Assembly: GCA_012295275.1 (NCBI GenBank)
Contig: CM022666.1
Location: forward strand, 12,276,001-12,340,000
Direction: 5' to 3'
Source: Chrysomallon squamiferum
Taxonomy: Eukaryota; Animalia; Mollusca
Length of the DNA stretch: 64,000 bases
A program made the position numbers and the translations under genes. The notes beneath the pieces were generated by a model, which worked only from the letters and a program-made list of their open reading frames with translations, did not search any database and had not been told where the DNA came from. Below are positions 55,356 to 64,000 of this stretch, one piece after another (the stretch's first letter is position 1; each line of letters begins with the position of its first letter).

Positions 55356-56504
55356 TTAAATGAAAGAGTTAAACATTTCTTTTTTATATTCCGGGTTAAC
55401 AACTTTTCCCACGAACAAAACTACCTCTGTTCGGTTGTCCTTGACAACAAACATGAATGGATGATCAGCCATGAACGTCTTCGGTCTGCTGATGGAGATG
55501 GAGTCTACACAGTCCATTGACGTCACTGCTGCCGCTTCCGTGCCTTCCTCGTTAACTTCCACAAACGTCTTGTGCTGAACACTCGACACGAACAGAGATC
55601 GCGTGCCATCAATTCCTGACAGGTCAGCCGTGTTAGCCTGAAAGGCGTCAGTCATGCCCAGGCTAATTAGGACATCCTTTAGCTCGAAGCTTGTTTCCAT
55701 GTAGAATTTGGGAAGGAACAAGTCCACCTCTTCTTCTTTCAGGCCCTGCATGGCTTGGACAATGTTTTCATACGACAGGTTGACATCGAGGCCGGTCAGA
55801 CCCTCCACGTCAAAAGGCAGAAAGACGTACATGCTGAGTTCTTCGTTACCATACGGCAGTTCGATGACGTCACACTGCAGCTGAGTACTTTTTCCAGTTC
55901 TGAAGTACTCCGTTTGCTGCATCATCTGACATTGGTTCTGCTCTTGCTTTGACGTTCTGAAGGGTTTCTCTGTCGTGTTCTCAGCATCAAACCTATTCGA
56001 CCATGTTCCTTTGAAGTACACGGCGTTAAGCAGAAGAATCGCTGTCACAGTGGACAGGCTATCTTTGGAGACAATATTTGTTATTTTACCTCGAGTCTTC
56101 TCTGAAACCCACTGATTAATCTCATCAGCCAGCGCTGCTGGATTTTCCGTGAAGTCTGTTTTTATGATCTCTGCCTCAAATGTCTGTTTAGCTTTAGACT
56201 CGAACTCTGGCTGCACACTGACTCGGTGAGCGATGTACGCCCGTGTAGCAGACGACAACGTAATGCTGTTTTTTGTACTTTTCAGCAATTTCAGGTAGTT
56301 CTCCATTACTGAATGAAACGAACTGGACAAGCCAGGAATTTTTACAACATCCAGAATCTGTCGTAAAGTTGATCCAGACGATCCACAGGCGACCAGCGAA
56401 AGAAGAGTTGATATGCTGAATGGTGACAGAAAAAGATTGCAGTGACAACCATTGCTTAGAAGACGGTATAAATCAAAGCCGAACTCCAGTGTTGAACGAG
56501 ACAT
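55356..56504 (-). CDS. Intracellular serpin (ov-serpin / leukocyte elastase inhibitor-like), 382 aa, intronless CDS, inhibitory-type hinge
   Basis: NLFLSPFSIS, INQWVSEKTRGKI, LLNAVYFKGTW, IELPY, LPKF, VEVNEEGTEAAAVT hinge, FMADHPFMFVVKD..LFVGKVVNP. No signal peptide. Acceptor TTTTCAG at 56529-56527 just upstream of the ATG. Confidence 0.96.
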   Translation of the reverse strand: MSRSTLEFGFDLYRLLSNGCHCNLFLSPFSISTLLSLVACGSSGSTLRQILDVVKIPGLSSSFHSVMENYLKLLKSTKNSITLSSATRAYIAHRVSVQPEFESKAKQTFEAEIIKTDFTENPAALADEINQWVSEKTRGKITNIVSKDSLSTVTAILLLNAVYFKGTWSNRFDAENTTEKPFRTSKQEQNQCQMMQQTEYFRTGKSTQLQCDVIELPYGNEELSMYVFLPFDVEGLTGLDVNLSYENIVQAMQGLKEEEVDLFLPKFYMETSFELKDVLISLGMTDAFQANTADLSGIDGTRSLFVSSVQHKTFVEVNEEGTEAAAVTSMDCVDSISISRPKTFMADHPFMFVVKDNRTEVVLFVGKVVNPEYKKEMFNSFI

Positions 56505-57683
56505 ATCTGTGTGTTACTGCAGCACTCTGAAAATAAAAAAACATTGAGTGAACAGTGTAAAATAAACGTATTTTAAAACCCGTGACCTTTTCATCGACGA
56601 TCTGCGTTTTCTACCCAGCGACAACAAATCCCAGGAATAAAATATCTAGTGAAGATAAAATGAAGAAATTATTACCGAATCTATGTACATTAGGCGCAGA
56701 TTTATGTAAGTGACACATTTTATAATCTAATAAATGTAAATACATGGGATTCGAACGAACTCGCATACATAGTTGTATTAACCTACCACCACGACTGTGT
56801 ATGAGTGTTTGTTTTACAAGTATATGTTTGGGTGTATGTGCGCGAACATACAGATAAATGGAAATGAATACAACATGAATTCTACTGATAAAAACATCAA
56901 GAATAAAAATCCAATTTGGCATAAATTTGGTTTAAATAAGATTAAAACGAAAATGAATAAATAAATAAAAAACAATAATAATAATAATAATAATAACAAT
57001 AATAATAGTAGTTATAATAAGCGAACGTCAGTTATGGTCACAAAGTTTTATACTTCATTATTAATTCTACAATCAGTTTTTACCGCCTGCAGAGAAGTTA
57101 TCAACCTTTTAACTGGGAAATGTTATTTGTACGCATTCAGTCAGCGGTTTTATTTTAACAGCTTTTCCTAACTGTTACTGTTAGACAACAAGATTATAAT
57201 AAATACACGCTACCCTCCATTTAACAGTAAAGAATCAAGGAAATATAGAAAATTTTAATATTCTCGAAACAAAATATTCCGATTCTTACTCTATGATCAC
57301 AACAAAACAATTTCAATCTACTTTGCACCAGGGTAAGTAAAAACTGTGATTTTAAAGTAAATTTAGTTCTGTATATTATTCAGCTATTTCTAACAACTTT
57401 CGGAAAATCTAGATTTTTTGGTTTCCTAACATCCTTTGCCCCTTTCAGTCCATTAAGTGGAGAGCAGACTGTTCTTAATCAGAATTTTTTCTAATCACCT
57501 AATACGAAGGCTTCATTACTATTGTTATTATTATTACTTCAAATAATATATAATGAAAAATTATATTAATGTGAAATATTTTATTTTAACTATTTTGTTT
57601 AGTAAACGGAAATAAAATGATTCGAAACGTGTTTGAGAGCTGACAGAATTTGATTCACTATATTGGTATATGGGCGTGCGGGC

Positions 57684-57737
<54 letters not shown>

Positions 57738-58190
57738 TTTTTGGTGGTTTTTTGCCTATCATTTTGTATCTTTTGTGTTCAAAATATGACAATGCTTTAC
57801 TTTCATTGATTTACTGTCATTCTAGCTCTTTGTAATAAACTCTCGTAAATATCGAATTGAATATATTAGGTATGCAGTAATACTAATAATACTACTACTA
57901 CTACTACTAATAATAATAAACAAAAACTTTTACTACTACTACTAATAATAATTAAAAAACAAACAAAACAAAAAACAACAAAAAAAAACACCTTCGGTTA
58001 AAATCGGAGTATTTGACGTTTCCATGTCAGATGACCTACTTTTAGGATCGAGTTTGGATAAACAAAGAAATGACAAGATAAAACGTATGATATTCTTCCC
58101 TTATAAAACAGTAATTACATGCAAAAGCCCCAGTTTCTAAAACAACATTGTTTCATGTCGTACAGAAGCGACGTGCATGCATTTTCTTAC

Positions 58191-58290
58191 CTATTACTTT
58201 TTCTTTCCTTCTTCCTGTTTCAATCTTAGCCTCGAAACCGATCGATAAAAGCTATGTTTGTCCAGCTTTCGGTAAACATCGGTATGTTCC
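58191..58290 (-). other. Candidate non-coding first exon of serpin 1
   Basis: Minus-strand donor TAG|GTAAGA at 58191/58190 could pair with the acceptor at 56527. The upstream boundary is unknown. Confidence 0.4.
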
Positions 58291-58399
58291 GCTTCAGATA
58301 ACGAAAGACTGACAAGTATGCAGGGAAACAAAGCAGGGAGGTCTTGTTAGAAGACTACGGCGAGTGAAGTTTCTAGAGGGGTTCATGTCCTGAGAATAA

Positions 58400-58453
<54 letters not shown>

Positions 58454-60985
58454 CACTCTTTTAAGAACTTAATATACTAACAAGGGTTTATCTATTCAAT
58501 GATCACTGTGTCTGTCTTTGGTCTATGGGTAGGACCCGGAACTATAGGGAGACAAGTACAGCGACAGCAGTCGATGAAACCCAACAACAACAACAACAAC
58601 AATAATAATAATATACATGTAAACACACAGACACACACACACACACACACACAGACACAAATAAATCAGCAAATAATTTAAAAAGCAATATGCTTAGGCA
58701 TTCCCACTATGAAACACCCCACCCTTGAACACGCACAACTGAAATGATTTTAAGGAAGTCTTTCCTTCCGAAACGTAACGCAATATTAAAGATAACAGAA
58801 GAATTATAAGACTGTTTTACCACTTATCAGCTGATGGATCTCTCTATCACGCGTTTGTTACTTCCTGGTTTAAAATGGGCTTTTAAAAAGGACACCTACT
58901 GTTAATATTTGCAAAATATAATGACTGTCTCAAACTCAGAGATAATTCATGTGTATCGCAAGGTCAGATTATAATTTTTACATATGCTAAAAAGGTTTAA
59001 AATGATTTAAATCGCTTGTAAAATTATTTACACCCCACTGGATAGCGTACGAAAGGGTCGTGAAAACAAATAAGAATTCTCACGAGAGGTTTTGATGCTT
59101 AGCTTAGGAACTGATCGGTTAATCTACAAGTCTTTTCAGCAATATCCAACCGATTGAAAGATATCGGCAAAGTAATTTAATAATGCATAGACTCGACACA
59201 ATTTAAAATAAAGTAATTCCTGTCGGAAGAACACTGGAATAAAACTGACTAAATACAGCCTATTGAGTATTCTCTTTCTGTCAAATACAAACATACACAT
59301 TTACGTACAAATACAGAGACACACCTATTCACACACAGCAACAAACAAAAACAGACAGTAACTCAAACAGAAACACGCACTAAACACATATATACATATT
59401 TGCATATATACGTAAATTCGGGAATATACACACATACACAGTAACGCATAAATACATACACACAAATACACCCATATGTAAATAGATACACACAAATAAA
59501 TACACAACTATGTATAATATGTATCTACGCAAACATAGACGTGTTTACTATTGCTCTACATAACCTTTTTGTAATTACAGTTAAAATTCTAAATCCACAA
59601 TAACTGAACATTTTTTCCAGAATCAGGGTTGATGGTTTGCACGTTAGTAAGTCTGTATCATAGCATTTAATCAACTTTGAATTCAACTAAACTTTAACTA
59701 AACTTGATGGTGAAGGAAGTTTTCTAGTCAGGCTGAAGTTTTTGTACCATAAAACGTGAGTAACATCTATATATACGTTAATTAATCAATTTTTTTTATT
59801 TTATTATAGAACTCCGTGGCGGAATCTGAGATAGCTCAAGGGCACGACATGCGTACTTTGACTGTTCTCTCACGGAAGTAAGTCGCCAATTATTCACACA
59901 CACGTGATTATTAAAATAAATAACTAAACAAATAAATAAATAAATAACAACGATTAAATATAATCTCACTAATTTTATAAATAGCAAGTGTTTGATTTTT
60001 GACATTCACATTTCGCTGAATTTTCTTTCGTTGTACATAAACCGAGAAGGGCGACATGAAATTTCACGTCGTTCACGTCCTTTCTTAAACTTTATTATAA
60101 ATCGGAACGAAAGTCGGTTAGAATCATTAAACAAATAAATAAAAAATAAAGATAATTCAGATAATTTTATCTTCTTCTCGTTTTAAAAACAATAGTCTCT
60201 GAATCACTCAGATCAAGGCAGGTTTTCATAATTAAATTAAGGTATCTGATAATACTTTTGTTCTTCTCTAAAATAGGTACAAGATGAACAAGAGAAAAAT
60301 TAAAAACTGTTTATTTCTTAAAAAGTAAATAAAATAAATCGCTGATTATTTAATGGCACAAGAAATATTTAATAAGCAACAAAATTTAAGGAAGCAAACA
60401 AAAATGAAAATGGCTGTAAAGATGAAATGGTTGACGATGTGATTTTGTGATGATGATGTTGATCATGATAATGGTTAACAATTTACGAGACTGCTTATAT
60501 TTGTATAATTCACTGAAATTGTTTAAAATATTGCCTTCGTTTTGTTAAAATAAAAAAAAAAACGTAAATACGAAACCCTGTTTAGCCTGTTAACTTAAAG
60601 TCATACAACACAAGGTCAATGACCTGAAGATGACTAACATGTTTACAACACGAACACAACGAAACTGTGCATTAATAATACAGTAAATATTCTCAATAAA
60701 CACGAATAGAAACTTTGAGAAATAAAATAAAATAAATATATAAATTATAAGTACCTCACACTGATGAAGTAATACATAAATAATAATCAAATAAATATAT
60801 AAAAGAAATATAGAAATATGGTTGATAATACCGTCACCGATGTAACATTACAATAAAGCCACAGAACAACAGCAAAAGCTGACCAAATAAATATATACAA
60901 AATAACATCTAATAAAAACGTTAACCAACACCTTTCACGTTAATTACAAACTTAACTGACTTCATGTAGCTATTTATGCTAAATA

Positions 60986-61038
<53 letters not shown>

Positions 61039-62610
61039 CATAATAATCATAATAATAATAATAGTAATAATAACAACAACAACAAAATAGTAGTAGTAGT
61101 AGTAATAAATAAATAAATAGATAAATAATATATGTTTATGATCAAAATAGTTACATAATTGTTTATATCAGTAAACAAATTTTTCGTTAATTTCACTCTC
61201 TACTGTAAAATATATCTGAGTAAATCACCAATATATACCCACGCATACACACACACACACACACGCACACACAGACATAGCTAAATATAAAGGCAGTCAG
61301 TTAAGCACAGAAATACAAGCTATAGAGAATTTTAGAACATTTACGGTGACCTTGTAATCCGAATAAAAGAGTTTCTTACAAAACGAAACAAAATAACAAA
61401 TAGTATGACATTATTTACTAATAATTTTTATGTTCAGATGTATATACATATAGGATCTCTTTTTATCGGAATGAATAGAAAATGTAATAGGTTTTGAAAG
61501 TAAAACACTTGACGTGAAAAACGTTTCTGAAGAAACTATTGTACGAGTGTACGAGACAAAAAACACGTACTAAATAACCCACAGGCCTCAATGGTGTATC
61601 CTGTAAATAAAATTTAAAAAAGGATGATCCGACCAGAGCTTGTGACAGAGAACAATAAATTTCACCACCTGTTGAAAAAACAAGGAAGGAGGATGGCCAA
61701 CTAATCTAAATAACATTTTTATTTATTTTTTATTTCTATTGATAACAGTCTGTACTTTCAATCTGAACAGTCACACTTTTGTGAAAACTGTTTGGCCATA
61801 GAAGCCAAGTTGAACATAATTTAGTTTCCATTATATTAAGAGAGATGCTTCATTTAATTAAAAACTACTAAATATATTTGACCTATCCATACACTTTCCT
61901 TAACTACATGGCCCTAAGTGGTTATTAGATTTTATTAGCTATACAATTATTGTATGTGGTATATTTTTCAGTATACTTGAACACGATCTTTTGCAAAATT
62001 GCAAATAACGACATCGACGAATATAGAACTCACATCACTGCGCGTTCTTGAGTCACATGACCACTACAAGTCCCTCAACTAAAATTCCCGAAGATATTCA
62101 CTGCGTCCATTAAAGGCTGTAAAATGTAGGTCAGACGAGAGTAAAGACTCAACGCCATTCTCGATACGAAGCTTTGGATTAACAAATCGCTCCATCATCC
62201 AGCTATCTACGTAGCGTCTATTTATTTAATTGATTAAATGTTTTGTTTCTGTTTTTGTGATCGGAGAGTTTTCACAACTATAATACATTTAAAACAGTGT
62301 GAATCGCGCATATCGTGAAAAAATATCATTAACTCGAAATCAGTGGTCTGATAAAATCTAACAGTAAAATAGTTTTAAAGATGGGCTAATAAAATGGAAA
62401 AAAATAAACCAATGGTAAACAGTAATGTATTTAAAACAACAACAACGAAGAAATAAAAAAAATATGTAAGTTTCATATAGTTATAAATACGTGCCTAATT
62501 TAAAATAAAGAGAAAAAAATAAAATGGAAATAATGTTTAAACTATTGCTGCTGCCAAATTTGAAATAACATAAAACTCAAAATACGAAGATAATTACACG
62601 CCGTCAACAC

Positions 62611-62647
<37 letters not shown>

Positions 62648-62655
62648 TTAATAAA

Positions 62656-62702
<47 letters not shown>

Positions 62703-63043
62703 TAATAATAATAATAATAACATCTAAATAAATAAATGTAAAGAGGTATTTTTTAACACTGCTCTTGCATTAAGGTGGTACGTACCACAACATTTTCATA
62801 TTCAGGCTTTTACTTGTATCCATTTACACCTACAATTAAGAACGTATTTAATACTAATTTGATTTCTGGCGAAAATATTATCTAAGTACAAGTCTAGGCC
62901 ACAATATTATAAGAAGACGAGTTGAAAATACGAACAATAAAACAGATTACGATAAAAAATAAAAATAGAAATAATGGAAGAATTTCTGTTTGAGCAGATT
63001 TTGGCACAGCAACTCGTCTGTTGTATCTGACTGAATTGTTGAC

Positions 63044-64000
63044 TTAGCTGTCAGACGGCCTCAGCACTTTGCCTATGAACAACACGACTCCAGTCCGGTT
63101 GTCTCTGATAACAAAGATGAAGGGATGATCCACGACAAAGTAAACGAGTTTTGATCTAAAGGGACTGGGTCCACAGTTCCTCACTGAAGCATCGTTTTCT
63201 TCATTTCCTTCCTCGTTCACTTCTACCACAGTTTGGTGCACGAACTGTGAAATATGAAGACCAGTGGTTCCTGCAATACCAGACAAATCGGCGCCGTCTT
63301 TGAAGGCGTCTGTTATTCCCAGGCCTGAGAGAATACTGCACAGGTCGTAGAATGAGGTCATACGGAATCTTGGAAGAGAGACGTGTACAAGCGTGGGTTT
63401 GACGGAGTGAAGCGCCGTCTGTAGTTTTTGCTCGTCCATAAGCCCCGCCTCTAGCAGAGGCAGACAAGATGTCTGCACAGGAAGAAAGATGAACATGCTC
63501 AGATGTCGATTAAAGTACGGTAACTCCACCAGACGACATTTGAGGTCAGCGAGAGCAAAGTAGGGAAATAGTTTCTGCATGTTCATCATTGACACGTGCA
63601 CAACTTGACCATCCAGTGTCTTAAAGCTGTCCATTTGGGTGTTACTTTTATCGAATGGGTAGTTCCATTTACCGCTGAAAGACGCAGAGTTTACGAGAAA
63701 CAGTTTGGTAAAATCGCCAATAACGCCAGGAGGTAACAGCTCCTTCACAACGCCATTTGTTTCGTTTTCAAGCCAAGTATTGATTCTCTTGCGAATATTC
63801 TCGCAGCTATCCTCGAAATCCACGTTCTCGACAGCCGCCTTGAAACACTGAAGAGTCACGTCTCGATATTCATTACGTACAGCAAATTTGTTAGCAACAA
63901 GTATCCGATTTGCTATTTGCAGATTATAATATTTCTGCTTTTCAGTTAGTAAATCTAACGTTTCTGAAAACAACTGAGGAAGGGACTCAGAAATTTTACA
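63044..64000 (-). CDS. Second serpin, 5'-truncated by the window edge, probable non-inhibitory hinge
   Basis: Frame stays open to 64000 (CKISESLPQLFSETLDLL...). IANRIL, INTWLENETNG, LFLVNSASFSGKW, LVELPY, LPRF, VEVNEEGNEENDAS, FVVDHPFIFVIRDNRTGVVLFIGKVLRP. Confidence 0.93.
   Translation of the reverse strand, partial: CKISESLPQLFSETLDLLTEKQKYYNLQIANRILVANKFAVRNEYRDVTLQCFKAAVENVDFEDSCENIRKRINTWLENETNGVVKELLPPGVIGDFTKLFLVNSASFSGKWNYPFDKSNTQMDSFKTLDGQVVHVSMMNMQKLFPYFALADLKCRLVELPYFNRHLSMFIFLPVQTSCLPLLEAGLMDEQKLQTALHSVKPTLVHVSLPRFRMTSFYDLCSILSGLGITDAFKDGADLSGIAGTTGLHISQFVHQTVVEVNEEGNEENDASVRNCGPSPFRSKLVYFVVDHPFIFVIRDNRTGVVLFIGKVLRPSDS

Noticed and set aside
58690-58770. NF-kB-like sites upstream of serpin 1
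   Set aside because: Only partial matches (GGGAATGCCT); not distinguishable from chance.

Overview
AT-rich, microsatellite-rich metazoan genomic DNA with spliceosomal GT-AG introns. A mollusc or other lophotrochozoan is my impression only; it cannot be established from this window. Eight protein-coding genes in order: intronless DNAJC17 (+), a 5-coding-exon SLC16/MCT-family transporter (+), 3-exon MED11 (-), an intronless class I ARF GTPase (+, head-to-head with MED11), 18-exon ACADVL (+, with a 1-nt frameshift in the last exon), an intronless two-TM protein resembling the plant APD1-4 E3-ligase luminal domains but with PPxY motifs instead of a RING (+), and two tandem serpins (-; the second is cut by the window end). 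There are also decayed pogo/Tigger and L1/Tx1 LINE fragments, candidate MITEs and several minisatellites abutting splice sites. Best leads: (1) serpin 1 has an inhibitory hinge and a DCVD|S effector-caspase-type site at CrmA-like spacing, next to a hinge-dead paralog; (2) the RING-less, PY-motif APD1-like membrane protein; (3) the ACADVL frameshift; (4) a palindromic minisatellite that can sequester a MED11 splice donor. All exon structures were built by hand, and homologies are from remembered family motifs, not database searches.
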